Shown here piece after piece: positions 15,665-29,234 of a DNA stretch of 64,000 nt. This DNA is from Camelus ferus (taxonomy: Eukaryota): assembly GCF_009834535.1 (NCBI RefSeq), contig NC_045697.1, positions 57,724,001-57,788,000 of the forward strand, read 5' to 3'. The position numbers and the translations under genes were made by a program. The notes beneath the pieces were generated by a model, which was not told the DNA's origin, did no database searches, and was given only the letters and a program-made list of their open reading frames with translations. Numbering within the stretch: the stretch's first letter is position 1; each line of letters starts with the position of its first letter.

Positions 15665-16113
15665 TATCAGTTTCCTAAGGCTGCCATAACAAATTACCAT
15701 GAAATTTATGCCATAAAACAACAGAAATTTATTCTCTCAGTTCAGGAAATAAGAAGCCTGAATTCAAAGAGTCAGTAGGGTTGATTCCTTCTAAAGGCTC
15801 TAAGGAAGAACCATCCCAAGCGTTTCTTCTAACTTTTAGTAATTGCTGGCGATCTTTGGTATTTCTTGACTTGTAGATGCATTTCTTTAATTTCTGTCTC
15901 CATCTTCACATAGCCTTCTTCTCTGTGTCTCTCTTTGTGTCCTTTTCTGTCTCTTATTTGAGCATTTTCACTGAAAGTAGGATCCATCCTAATCCAGTAT
16001 GATCTTGTCCTTATGCTTAACTTAATTGCATGCGCGAGACTCTACTTCCCATAAGATCAGATTCTGATATTCTGCATGGATATTTATTTCAAGACATTCA
16101 TCAACCCACTACA
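15665..16113 (-). mobile_element. MLT1 (MaLR) solo LTR
   Basis: TCAGTTTCCTAAGGGCTGCCATAACAAATTACCA...AAACAACAGAAATTTATTCTCTCAGTTC...CAACCCACTACA. Confidence 0.85.
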
Positions 16114-17819
16114 GTATTCATAAATTTATGATATAACTTATATCTTTCTGAGGTTAATATAGCTTTATATTTTTGTCTTTAGTTTTCTATTTACCCATTA
16201 ATAATTTAATGCCAGACTTTCCTGCATTTTCTAAAACACTTCTTAATCTGGGAAAACATACCAGGCAAATTATCTGTTTCATTTTTACTAGGATTCATCC
16301 CTTTTGGAAATTCCAGATTCTTAATCCAATCTGGAATCTATGCCACTTTAGTCATCTTGCACTGCTGCATTTCTAGAACTCCCTTCTCTATAATCAAGGG
16401 AATTTCTATGTATGGCACATCATCTTTTGATTCACTCACACTACCTCCTATAGTCTTATTTTGTAAAAGTGTGTATAGTAGCAAGTGTTTTAAAATGTGT
16501 ATATATTTAAACTACATTATTTTACCTTCACAGCTGATTGAGATTTAGCTTAATAGGAATCATTTTCATTTAGATTACTGAAAACTTTGATATTAATATA
16601 CTAACTCTACTAATTGGTATACTAATATGCTAATTAGTTATATATGTTAAATTCCCACTTGTGAAATTACCTGGCAAAATCTTATTAGCAATCTTGATAC
16701 CTCATTGCCACATCATTTTTTCTAAATTAGTGTAATAATTTCTACTCCAAAGCTGGGGATGTGGGAACCTTTACTCACCACAAACAGTGTGACATTGAAT
16801 AATATTGTTCATTTAAATACTTCCTAATTCAGTATGTTTAAGACGATTTATCTTTTTCTTTTACTTTTTTATTGATGTGTTTATCATTAATGTTGAACAT
16901 TATTTCATATTTTTATTATGTAATTGTATTTCCATACTGTACCTTGGCTGTTAATGTATCTTTTAAAATCTATTAAATCTATTAATTTGTATTTGTTTGT
17001 TAGTTTTGTGACAGGTGCCTGCAATTTATTGTCTGCTTTTTGTTGTCTGTTATATAGAAAGATGTATTATTTTGTTTTCCTTTGAAGCTCTTGTTCATGT
17101 CTTATGTTATGTAGTGGGCTTGGCGCTTCACCTTCTCTGTTCCGTGTCCTGCTCCATTTCTGCTGTCAAGACTTATCCCTGAAGGCTTGTTCCTGGACAA
17201 TCAAGTAGAGTTACATGCTAACTAAGCTTCTGATTTAACCCTCTACTCTGCTCTGTCATTTGCTGACTATCCACATGCTTTGACTATCAGCTATTTAGAT
17301 AGACTCTTAAGATATTGAGAAGAAAAAAGTTATTTTGCCTTGGGAGAATGCTTTTTCTTTTCATAAACACCATTTATTACTCACACTGACTATATTTTAT
17401 GGGTGCCTATGTTGACTTCACAGATTGCATGAACAAGGATTCCATATGATCCATTCTGCCATTTAGTTAATAGAGTAGTTTAAATGACCTTGACGTCCTT
17501 CTCAATTACCAAGTACATGCCAAGCAATTTTGCATCATAACTGGTATATAATGACTTTGGATAAATTATTGCTGCTATTATTTTTTTTAACTGAATTATA
17601 TGGTCACCTTTGACAGTGTCTTGCCATCTATCTCCATGAGCTGAGGGACGGTAAAGCATCATGTAGAATAAAAGATATTAGAGTCTGGATTTTTCAGTCC
17701 TACTTTTAAGTGCTAGTTTTGTCACTTAATATAAAGTTGAGCAAAAACTTGGGCTCTTTCCTCCTGTCTAGAATGCAGATAGTGATAAATATCTCATTGT
17801 ATTATTACTTACTTACTTA

Positions 17820-17990
17820 CTTTACTCATCCATTAATCCACAGATATTTATGAAACGTTTGCTTTATGGGTATAGCGGATACAACAGTAACCAAGACAAA
17901 TACGGCTTTTGCCGTTACAGAGCTAAGAATCAAGTGGAAAAAAGCAACATTTAACAAATAATCAAAATTTAATTAATTAAAATTGAGATT
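17820..17990 (-). mobile_element. L2 3' end, with a MIR fragment just upstream (~17660-17810)
   Basis: CTCATCCATTAATCCACAGATATTTATGAA...GGATACAACAGTAACCAAGACAAA. Confidence 0.6.
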
Positions 17991-19447
17991 ATTGTATTTA
18001 AAAAAACATAATACGTTATTACCCCAGGTGAGAATGCTCAGTTTTGCATCTTATAGTGATATTTTGTATTATGTTTTTTAAGCCAATCCCAGCACTGCTA
18101 GAAGGCACCTTGAATTCCAAGTATTTATGGAAAGAAATAAATGGTTTGTTGTGAGAAATAATTAAAATAATGGATATACTTTGCTCCTAGTAAGTATGAA
18201 ATAACTTTTAATGATTATTGTTGTTTATAATTGTAACACCAATAGCCACTTTAATAACCTCCATTCATATAAGAACACATATGATCTCCATTCCAGGATC
18301 CCCTTCCATTGATATAATTGGGACAAAAGGAATAAAAGTATTTATCCTGTGTACATTCTTATCTTTTATTCTTATTTACTCTTCTAATCATCAATACTTG
18401 ACTACTAAATCCTTGTGAATACAAGATTAGTATCCCTTCTTGATAAAATAGGGCTACCACTGTTCCTGCCTCAAAAGAGGAACAAGGAACAGTGACCACT
18501 CAAGTATAGACACATAAAAGCTCTTCAGTTGCCCACAGTAATCCCAAGGCCTGTTTGTAGTGATTAATAATGCTACACTGAAGGTTTACAGAAAGTAAAA
18601 TAAATAAAATGTGATGAAAAATCATAAGCAAATATAGCATGCTAAATGTGTATAGCCTATCACTCAGGAAATTATATCAAAATTATGTGTTGATAAATCT
18701 GTTCTCTCTTCCCGCTCTTTCCACCTATTAGATGGCAGGTTCATGAGGTCAGAAAACATGTGATATATTTATATTTATACAAGCTTATTGACAAATACTT
18801 AACTGAATTAAATAGCAATCAATATAGGATCTGAGCTCTTTATCCAGTTTATCCTCAGGTTCTCATGGTGATGTCCATGAGACACACCACAGTGGCCTCT
18901 GCCATATCTCCTCTACCCCAGAATATTCCCTGTGTTCTCTGCTACTGGCATCCTGTTTTTTTATCCCCCAGCTACCATAATTTAGTCCTTCCTGCATCCC
19001 CTTTACTTAGAAAGTAAAGGATGAAAGGGTTGGGCATAGAATTTTTTATTTTAGTACTTTCCCCCAAATATGATTAATTTCTTCACAGGAAAGAATTATA
19101 ATATATGAAGAATATAGATGTTTTAATACTCATCATCCATATCTATTGAAAATCCAAGAGCAACTATTATGTTAATAGAGCAGTTATCAGGTTTCAAGCA
19201 AGGCAAGACATGACAGACAAAAAAAAAAGACAAGTGATAACGTTGCTTTTAGTACATATTTTGAATATATGTGTCTGGGGTGTGTAACCCTTATGAATCA
19301 CTTATTTCAAGTATTTTTAGACAAAAATGAATTAATCAAGCTTAAACCTTTGAAATCAGCCTTGAATCCCATTTTCTTTCACACTCTGTATCCAATCCAT
19401 CAGAAAATTCTGTTGTGCCTGCTTCGAATTATGGCCTCTGTCTGATA

Positions 19448-19869
19448 CAGGCACACCTCATTTCTTGGTGCTCCACTTTATTGCACTTCACAGATACTGC
19501 ATTTTTTACAGTTTGAAGGTTTGTGGCAACCCTGTGTTGAGCAAATCTGCCAGCACCAATTTTCCAACAGCCTTTGCTCACTTTGTGTCTTTGTGTCACA
19601 TTCTGATATTTCTCAAAATATTTCAAATCCTCCACCAGCAAAAAAGATGGTCTCGCTGAAGGCTAGGGTGATGGTTAGCATCTTTAGCAATAAAATATTT
19701 TAATTAAGGTGTTTTAGACTTTATGCTATTTGCACACTTAATAAACTACTGTATAGTATAAATATAATTTTTATAAGCACCAGGAAATCCATGTGACTCA
19801 CTTTATTGCGATATTTGGTTTACTGCAGTGATCTGGAGCTGAATCCACAGTATCTCCAAGGTCTGCCTA
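19448..19869 (+). mobile_element. Tigger1-derived MITE (Tigger1a-like), TA TSD, nested in an L2
   Basis: TA|CAGGCACACCTC...TTGAAGGTTTGTGGCAACCCTG...ATCTCCAAGGTCTGCCTA|TA. L2-like sequence on both sides. Confidence 0.88.
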
Positions 19870-20399
19870 TACTTTCTCAGCACTTCCACCACCCTCACCA
19901 TCATCTCTCACCTTGACTCTGACAGTGATTCCCTTGCTTCAACAGTTGTCATCCAAAGGCTATTATCCAAAGAGAAGCCAATATACATCTTACAAATACA
20001 AGTATTATTTATGAACAACTCTACAATTCATAACAGTCTTTGTGTTTTAAGTCCATATGGTGCTATAGAATATGTTACTGGTTATTAAAATGAAGGATGA
20101 AAGCCTTGAGACCTACGTCAGTCTTGTGGTTGTCACTGGTAATTAAAGTAAACTTTACTCAAGCTTGAAAATACTGTTATAAAGGTAAAGCTTTACTTTT
20201 CTCAGCTAACCATAATAGGGAAATTGACAGGAATAAAAAAGGTGCAAGAGCTTATAGCTGATACATTTTATAGTCTGTTAAGAAAGGAATAGAAAGCTAG
20301 CAGGAGAATCAGTGTTACAAATCTAGTTAGAAGATATGAGGCGGGAAGAGAGACATAGTCATTGATAAGATAAATAACTGTAACAGTGATCAATTTATT

Positions 20400-20840
20400 G
20401 CCTCTCAGCTATGCAGTTCCTTCTTTGCCAGCTGAACTAGTGCTAGGCTTTGCCAGTAAAGACACTGGAAGAGGAAGGGACTTTCTCTTCCTGGTTCTGA
20501 CCTGCTCCTCTCACTTAATAGCATCTGTGGCTCCTGGCTCTGCGGTTCAAAGCCAATGGCTTCCCCTGGCATCCCTTTGGTTGGGTTCACAGCAAATTCT
20601 AAGGAGTGACACCTCCCTGTGAGTGGCTTCTCCAGGCACCCCAGAGGACAGGTTTCCCGCAAGTTCCAGAGGAAAGATTTTCCACAAGTTTCCCTGACAC
20701 ACCACCAGAGCAACTTCCTGTCATTTAATGAATCATGATCATGCCTTCTTCAGGGATGTTGGAGCTCAGCCCCAGGCTGGGGGGTAGAGACAAGGAGGGA
20801 ACATTACCTTGGGTGCTTTCTTTTAGGCATAGAAACAGAG
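20400..20840. mobile_element. ERVL-type LTR (LTR33/LTR16-like)
   Basis: GC-elevated patch with TGCTAGGCTTTGCCAGTAAAGACACTGGAAGAG, resembling the LTR33 group. Confidence 0.45.
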
Positions 20841-20842
20841 AT

Positions 20843-21222
20843 TGTCGTAGTCAATTTGACTGCAGTAACAGAATATCATAGACTCAGGGCACTTATACAA
20901 CAAGAATTTATTTCTCACATTTCTGAAGGCAGGAAGTCAGAGGTCAGAGCATCAGCATGGTCAAGTTCTGGTGAAGTCTCTCTCCTGGGTTTCAGACTGC
21001 CAGCTTCTCCTTGTATCCTCATGGTAGAGAGCAGAGAGTGGAAGCAAACTCTTTTATGCCTTTTATTAAAGCACAAATCCCATGCATGAGGGCTATACTC
21101 TCATGATCTCATATAATCCTAAGTACCTCCTAAAGACATATTAGCCTCCTAATACGATCATATTAGGCAGTAGGGTCCAACATGTCAATTTTGAGGGTGA
21201 CACAAACATCCAGCCAATAACA
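20843..21222 (-). mobile_element. MLT1A-like MaLR solo LTR
   Basis: GAATTTATTTCTCACATTTCTGAAGGCAGGAAGTC...CATGGTCAAGTTCTGGTGA...GACACAAACATCCAGCCAATAACA. Confidence 0.82.
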
Positions 21223-21913
21223 AGGACAGTAATATGAGGATCATATTCATAAATTGTGAAAATATGTGGAGTTTGTTTTAGATAGGACACAAAATTAAAA
21301 GCTTGTTTTCCAACATTTATTTATGGAAATACTGTTAGAGCATTTATTATTTCTTAGCCCCAAGGTCTATACACAGTTGTCCTTTGATGTTGCACTTCCT
21401 ATTTGCACACAGCATGTACCCTTGGGGTTCACCTGTGTTCAGTATTGCCTGAATAGCTGAGTTAGAATAACCATCAATATTTCTTTCCTCTGACAAGCAG
21501 TATATCCCCTGTAACCTTTGTGATCCTCATTCATCAATGAACAGGTAGATCTGAAGCACTGGGGGTTCATTTTAGTGCTGGAGTTGAGAAAGCATTATTT
21601 CCATACAAAGGACCAGTTTAGTAAGGAGTGCTGCAGAGAAAGAAAAAGCCTACCAAACCAAAAAGAAACAGTGTTGTAGACTAAACCATAATGAAAATAC
21701 TTCTTTAATATAACATGCTCTGTTTTCATTCAAAACTATATCCTTTCAAGATCTTAAATTTATTTATTGAGTGCTTACTGTAGGTGTTGTTCCATATGCT
21801 GTACATTTTGGCCTTATACTGGATTACTTAAAAATTCTAATAATATTTACAGATTTCCAAGATCTTAATATTAATCACCTAAGAATCATGAGACAAAACT
21901 GTTATGAATTGAT

Positions 21914-24328
21914 TTTTTTAAGTGGTCTAGTTGATTTACTATTTTGGGTTAGTTTCAGGTGTACGGCAAAGTGATATATATGTTCTTTCTTTCAATTCTT
22001 TTCTGTTATAGGTTATTTTCTATTATAGGTTGAATGTATTTCCCTATGCAATACAGTAAATCCTTGTTGTTTATCTGTTTTACATATGTTAGTATGTATC
22101 CATTAATTCTATAATCCTAATTTGTCTCTCCCCCCACTTCCCCTTTGGAAACCATAAGTTGGTTTTCTATGTCTGTGAGTCTATTTCTGTTCTGTAAATA
22201 AGTTCATCTGGACTATTTTTAGATTCCACATATAAGTGAAATCATACAGTATTTTTCTTTCTCTGTGTCTTATTTCACTTAGCCTAATGCCTTCCAAGTC
22301 TATCCATGTTGCTGAAAATGGCAAAAAATAATTACTTTTTGTGGCTGAGTAGTCTTCCATTGTATACATATACCATATTTTCCTTATCCATTCATCTGTT
22401 GAAGAACACTTAGATTGCTTCCATGTCTTAACTTTTGTAGCTAGTGCTATTATGAACATTGGAGTGCTTGTATCTTTTTGTCTTTTCCAGATATATGCCC
22501 AGAAGTGGGATTGCTGGGTCATATGGTAATTCTATTTTTAGTTTTTTAAGAAACCTTCATACTGTTTTCCACAGTGGCTGCACCAAAATACATTCTTATC
22601 AACAGTGTAAGAGAGTTCCCTTTTCTCCACACCTTTTCTAGCATTTATTTGTAAACTTTCTGATGATGGCCATTCTGACTGATGTGAGGTGATATCTCCT
22701 TGTAGTTTTGATTTGCATTTCTCTGATAATTAGTGATGTTGAGCATCTTTTCATGTGCCTTTTGGCCATCTGCATGTCTTCTTGGAGAAATGTCTATTTA
22801 GGTCTTCTGCCCATTTTTAGATTGGGTTGTTTGTTGAATAGAGTGGTGAGAGTGGACATCCTTGTCTTGTTACAGAATTTAGCAGGAAGGCTTTTTAGCT
22901 TTTCACCATTGAGTATTGTGTTGGCTGTGGTTTTGTCATAAATAGCTTTTATTATGTTAAGATATATTCCTTCTATACCCACTTTGGTGAGAGTTTTTAT
23001 CATGAATGGATTTTGTTTTTTCAAATGCTCTTTCTGCATCTTTTGAAATGATCATGTGGTTTTTGCCTTTTTTGTTGTTGCTGATGTAGTGTATCACATT
23101 GATTGATTTGTGTATGTTGAATCATCCTTGTGACCCTGGAATGAATCCAACTTGATCATAGTCTATGATCCTTTTTATGTATTGTTGGGTTTGGTTTGCT
23201 AATATTTTATTGAGGATTTTTGCATCTATATTTATCAAAGAAATTGACCTATAATTTCCCAGACAAGCAAAAACTAAAATAATACATCAATACTACTAAA
23301 CCCACCCTAAAAGAAATATTGAAAGGTCTTCTGTAAATAGAAAACAAGCAAGGATCTATAGGAAGGGGGAAATCACAATATAAAAGGCAAATAAAAGGAC
23401 TGAATATCATGTAAATAAGTCAGTACATAGATTAAAAATAATTTTTAAAAATCTGTGAAAGCAACTGTAACTATAATGAACAGCAAAAGGATAAACCTGA
23501 AGCTGTAAAATAGGACATCAAAATCACAAAATGTGAGGGGTGGGTATGAGAAAATATAGATCCTTTAGAATGTGTTTGAGCTTATATGACTGCAAGTCTA
23601 AAGCAAGTAGATACAGTTATGGGCTAACATGCTTGAAAACCAGGATAACCACAAATAAAAAACATACAGTAGATTCACAAAAACCCAAAACAAAGAAACA
23701 CAAAAGAAAACCATCAAACCACAAAAGGAAAAACAAAAATAAGAAGAAAGGAATAAAAAAGAAATAAAAAATCAACTGGAAAACAAGGTTTAAAACAGAA
23801 ATTAATGCATACTTATCTATAATTACTTTAAATGGGAGTGGACTAAATGCTCTGATCAAAAGACTGAGTGGCAGGTTTGATGATAAAACAAGAATCTAAC
23901 ATATGCTACCTACAAGAGACTTACTTTGGGGTGAGAGACACATATAGATTGAAAGTGAGGGGATGGAAAAAATCGTAAGAAAATATTATAAACAGTTAAA
24001 TACCAACAAAATAGGCAACTTGGAAGCGATGGACAATTTCCGGAAACATAACAGCCTGCCAAAACTGAATCAAGAAGAAACAGATACTTTAAACAGACTG
24101 ATCAATAGAAGTGAAATGGAATCTGTAAAAAACAAAACAAAACAAAAACAAAACAACTCCCTGCAAACGAAAGTCCAGGACCAGATGGCTTCACTGGGGA
24201 ATTCTACCAAACATACAAAGAACTTATACCATCCTTCTCAAAGTCTTCCAAAGTATTGAAGAGGAGGGAATACTCCCAAAGTCATTCAATGAAGCCAATA
24301 TCACCCTGATACCAAAACCAGACAAAAA
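21914..24328 (-). mobile_element. L1 insertion with 5' inversion (twin priming) and two internal deletions
   Basis: 21914-23258 is L1 3'UTR plus ORF2 on the minus strand ([10 protein letters not shown]...PMFIIAL..., [19 protein letters not shown]). 23259-24328 is the ORF1 end, spacer and ORF2 start on the plus strand (LPKLNQEE). TSD TATGAATT(G/T)AT at 21903-21913 and 24329-24339. Confidence 0.88.
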
Positions 24329-24494
24329 TATGAATTTATATTATGATTATATTAAATATGATTTTATCTTATGATGCATTAGATACATTTTGTTAATACA
24401 AAAGTAGGTACTTTATCCTACTTACATATCTTGCTGTACCTATATCTTTTTAAAAAATGGGAAAAATAAACATTTAGATCACATGATGATTATA

Positions 24495-27400
24495 GTTTAT
24501 TCATTTATTCAACAACAACTGATTAAGAACTTAAAATGTGGCAGGTACTATGATAGTTATGAGAGAAACTGATAAGCAAGAAAGACAAGATTCTTTACTT
24601 CTTGAAGTTTGCAAGGTAGAAGAATGGCAGATATTAATCAGGTAATCAAAACAAAAATATGAGTAAAAGTGGTAAATGCTATAAGGAAGATTGCAAGTTA
24701 CTACAAATACATTAATAGGAAACCTGATTTCACTTGCGGTGTTATGGAAAGCTTTCCTAGGGACAGAAATGTTGCTTTTAAATATGAAAGTGAAACAGGA
24801 GATAAGCAGATCAAGTGGGGTTTGTAATGATGGATACAATGGGCTTCAGATACTGGGGAAAACACATAGAAAGCTCAAGATGCTGGAATGAGCACTGACG
24901 TTTAAGAATCTCAAATATCAAGATGGTGGCATAGGAAGATCATGAATTCACCTCCTCCCACTGACATAACAAATCTATAGCTACATATGGATCATTTTTC
25001 TCTATGAAAGATCTCAAAACTTGATGAACTGCTCTCCGCAACTAAGGATAAAAGGACCACATCAAGATTTGTAGTATAGGCAGAGACGTGGTCCCATAAA
25101 AACAAGCAAACAAACAAACAAAAACAACAGTATGGAAACACACAAAAGGCCCTCACTCACCAGGCACTTCTCCTGGAGGAGCGAAGGATTGGTGCCCCCA
25201 TCAGGCACCCCAACCCCTAAGATCTTCACCAGAGAGGCAAGCCTCCAAAATATCTGGCTGAGAAAACTGAAGGGGCTGAAGCCTAAATGATCCAAAGTGC
25301 AACAGAAAAGTGAGATTTACTTCTTACATGACTTGCATGTGGTCTGACTCAATCTGAGACCCAGCAAAACAAACAAACAAAAAACCAGCAGCTTTAAAAA
25401 GTACATAGACTGTAAGTGGAGATCATTTGCTAATCTAAAGTGTTATCTGAAGGAGCAGGGGACAGTCAAAATGCTCCCCAGAGACAGAGTCTTACCAATG
25501 CCAGGATTGTACCCTTAACCTAACCTGCTGGCAGAGCAGGAAATCTTGGATGCAACGCTGTCTCACCACCCTTCTGAGAGAAGTGGGGGTGAGTACTCAT
25601 GGCACTATCCCACTGCCTTGCTGGAGCAAGAGAGTGTAGGAAATTGCAGCACACCCCCACTCCCTGGCTAAGTGGGTGAATGGGAATGGTTGTAGCTTTT
25701 TACTGCTCTATAGCTAAAGTCTGTGGGTATAGACAGTTATGAGACTCCCTACTTGCTGACTAGAGCTGGCAAGCATGAGCAGTTGCAGCAATTTCCCACT
25801 CTCAGCCTAAAGCTGGCAGGTGTGAACAGATAAGGCATTCCCCTGCTTCCCTGCCAAAGCCCACTCTTCACCCCCTACAGTCTCCAGCTGCCTTTAGCAA
25901 GCCAGCAGACACATGCAGTCCACACAGTGGACAGGCCCTGGTGGCCTGGCCTTAGTAGCCAAGAAGGCTGGCATTCCTTAGCTCCACAAGATAAGAATTG
26001 AAAAAGACGGTTCTTGCAAGGTCACCACCCCCACGGCACAGACAGCAGACTGAAACAAAATCCAGTCTTCTTGTGAAAAAGGCCTGTTCACTCAGCCTGG
26101 AGCTTCAGCCTGAGGGACAGGCCTCAGATTTCCCACACATCAGGTGGCTAAGGAGACATCCTGAGGAATCTAAGCCCAGAGACACTAACCCTGTGTACCC
26201 CCTTGGCCTTGCTACAGCTTGACAAGACTTCCCAGAAAGGAGCTTATACACTCATTTGGAGACCTGATTTTCTCAACTGTCTCCCAGGGGACACCTTCAG
26301 ATCTCCTGGTCTTGAGGCCAGAAGGGATTACAATTGCTGCTCTTCTGAAGAAGACATACAGATAGACAACAGGCAGAAGAAAAGTTGTTCAACAGCACTA
26401 ATCATGAAGGAATTTAGAAGTCAAGACCACAATGAGGTACTACCTTATATCCATTACTATGGCTATTATGATAAAGAATAAATAACAAGTGATGGTGAGG
26501 ATGGGAAAGAAGGGGTCCCTCATACACTGTTGGTGAGAATGTAAATTGGTGCAGCCACTACGAAAAACAGCGTGGAGGTTCTGCCACAGATTAAAAATAG
26601 CACTACTATGTGATTCAGCAGTCCACTACCAAGTATCTATCTGAAGAAAATGAAAACACTAATTCAGAAAGATATATGCACCCCTATGTTCATTGCACCA
26701 TTATTTTTAATACCAAGATATGGAAGTAACCTAAATGCCCATTGATAAATAAATGGCTAAAGAATATTTTATATGTGTGTGCCACAATGGAATATTACTT
26801 AGCCATAAAAAGAATGGAATTTTGCCATTTGTGACAACAAAGATGGACTTTGAGGAGATTAAGCTAAGTGAATTAAGTCAAAGACAAATACCACATTATT
26901 TCACTTGTCTGTGAAATCTAAAAAAAACAAAAAAACAAAGTAAAGCCCAAACTCACAGATACAGAGAACAGATTAGTGGTTGCCAAAGGGGGAAAATGGG
27001 CACAGGGGATTATGAAATATACATTTCCAGGTTTAAAAAAATAAGTCATGGGGCTGTAGTGTTCAGCATGAAAAATACAGCCACTAATACCGTTAGATTT
27101 GTAAGGAGACAGATGGTAACTAGACTTACTGTGGTGAACGTTTCATGATGCACACAAATGTTGAATATGTTGTACACCTGAAACTAATACAATACTGTAT
27201 GTCAATTATTCCACTATAACAATAAAAAACAAGGTAAGGATAGAAGATGAAAAAAAAATAGAACCTCAAATATCATTATTGTTAGAAAATTGAGCGAGGC
27301 ATCGAGTGAACTGAGATGGGGCTGGAAAGATAGACACAGGCCAGGATATAGAAGAGTCTGTAGCTTGGGATGATTATCTCAAGAGAACTTGTCAAGTATT

Positions 27401-27560
27401 TTGTTTTTTCTTAAAACAGTGGAAAGACATTAAAGGTTTTTTTTTTGGCAAAAAAAAAAAAAAAGATTGGATGTGAAATTTTAAAAAGCTCTCTCTGGCT
27501 TTTATGTGAAAAATTGTTTTGAGGGGAAAATGTTAGTGCAGTGAGGATATTTTATTTAGA
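24495..27560 (-). mobile_element. L2 remnant split by the L1 at 24920-27259
   Basis: TTCATTTATTCAACAAC...GGCAGGTACTATG (L2 3' end in antisense) at 24495-24904. L2-like sequence resumes after the TSD at 27275. Confidence 0.65.
24920..27259 (+). mobile_element. Internally deleted L1 (L1MA-like): 5'UTR joined to the ORF2 3' end and 3'UTR
   Basis: Starts AAGATGGTGGCATAGGAAG (L1 5' end). At ~26340 it switches to GAAGAAGACATACAGATAGACAACAGG (late ORF2) and ends in an A-rich tail. TSD AGAA(T/C)CTCAAATATC at 24905-24919 and 27260-27274. Confidence 0.85.
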
Positions 27561-29234
27561 ATACTATTTCAGTTTTATAGATAATTGATACCTTCATTCA
27601 CTCTTATGTAAAAAGTGATAAAAATCAGAGATAAAGAGCTCATGTGGGACTCGTATGCATGCAGTCCTATTTTTGAATAATGCTCGGCACAGCAAGGAAA
27701 ATATTGGAAGACTAAACAAAAAACCAAAAACAATGAACAAACCATCAGACTTTGAAATCATTTAGTGAGAATAAAAGACTTGAGATCATTTTTAAGAATC
27801 AAAACTATGAATACACTTCCAAAAATCTTTTATATTTTTCATTAAAATATGTAGACACTGTTCTAATAATTTAATATGGATATCAGATTTATAAATCAAC
27901 TCTATATTACTAAATTATGACTGGGATATGCAGTCACAGGGTAACAAATGCTTTGCAATCTGAGTAAGGAACAGATTGAAAAAATGATTAATTTTTACTA
28001 TAAAAAATCTCAGTCATCTTTAAATAAACATTTTTGTTGACTGACACCTATAATGAAAAACTAACCAAATATTAAAATAATTAAAAGTGTTTTCAATTAG
28101 AAAATAGCTGATTTGTAGTGTTTTAACTGTTGGCTACATACAGGGTAAACTAATTAGAGTGGCTGACTTTATTTCAGAAGGATTAAAAAATATTTTTACT
28201 TATATAGCAGCATTCTGCTGATAAAAATGCATATCTAAATTTACCTTTAGTTATCAGAAGAAAAACTAATTAGAAGACTTTGAAAGTTTGTAATACTGCC
28301 ATTCTAAAGCAATAGCTTATAATATGGTTATTCTAAAAGGTAATTCTAAAAAAATGAGATGAGAAATTATAGAAAATGAGGAAAAAAAGAAACCTAACAT
28401 TTTAAAATGCATCAGAGCTTATCAACATTAAGTAAATAAAAAAATTGGAAAATATTCTACTGAATACTTATTCTGAACAAAAAAGACATCTTTTAATCAT
28501 AAAATATTTAAATAGCTAGGCAAAATATCATCATTCTCCACAATCCATTCCTAAAATATATCTATCACACAGCAAGATCAATGAGGCAGGCTGTCTGCAG
28601 ATAACACATAACTGCATGAATTCAGATTTTGCACCACATGTTCAGAGAACTTAAAGATAAGTTGGTGATTTCTAATGAGGTTTTTTTGTTAAAAAAAAAG
28701 TTTTTGCCAGCTGTGCAGTGTGTTTGATAATTTATCACAAAAGATATAAGCATACTAAGCACATAACTAGGCAAACAGAAAATTATTTACATTATGAATA
28801 CAAGTTAAGTACCAGAATATGTTAGGATCCATATGCTATAAAAGTTGGAATTAGGAGTTATTTTACCACTTTCCCCCCCTTTTTTTTTTTCTATTTTATA
28901 TAAGTACTTATTATGGGAAATAACTACTTAAAGATAACATAAGGACTTGCTATGTGTTCTGTTCTTCTATGTAAGAATGTCTGTTGTTTCTACCCCTTTC
29001 TTAACCTTCCCACATTATATGAGTATTTTATTTCACCTGCCTACCCCATGCTGTCTCAAAGGAAAAGTCCTGACAATTCTATCTCAAAGGCACTTTCTGA
29101 ATCTTCCTACTTTGCCCCATTTATTTATTCTTCAGTACAAGCCCCCATCAACTATCACCTGGATTGTTGCTAGAATTTCTAAATTTCTTTCTCTATATAC
29201 CATTTTCATGTGGCATCCAGGATGGATTTTTGTA

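Noticed and set aside
22181..24259. L1 ORF2-like ORFs as active coding sequence
   Set aside because: Fragmented, frameshifted, rearranged and internally deleted.
27436..27464. T-run/GGC/A-run hairpin
   Set aside because: Homopolymer expansion inside an L2 remnant, low complexity.
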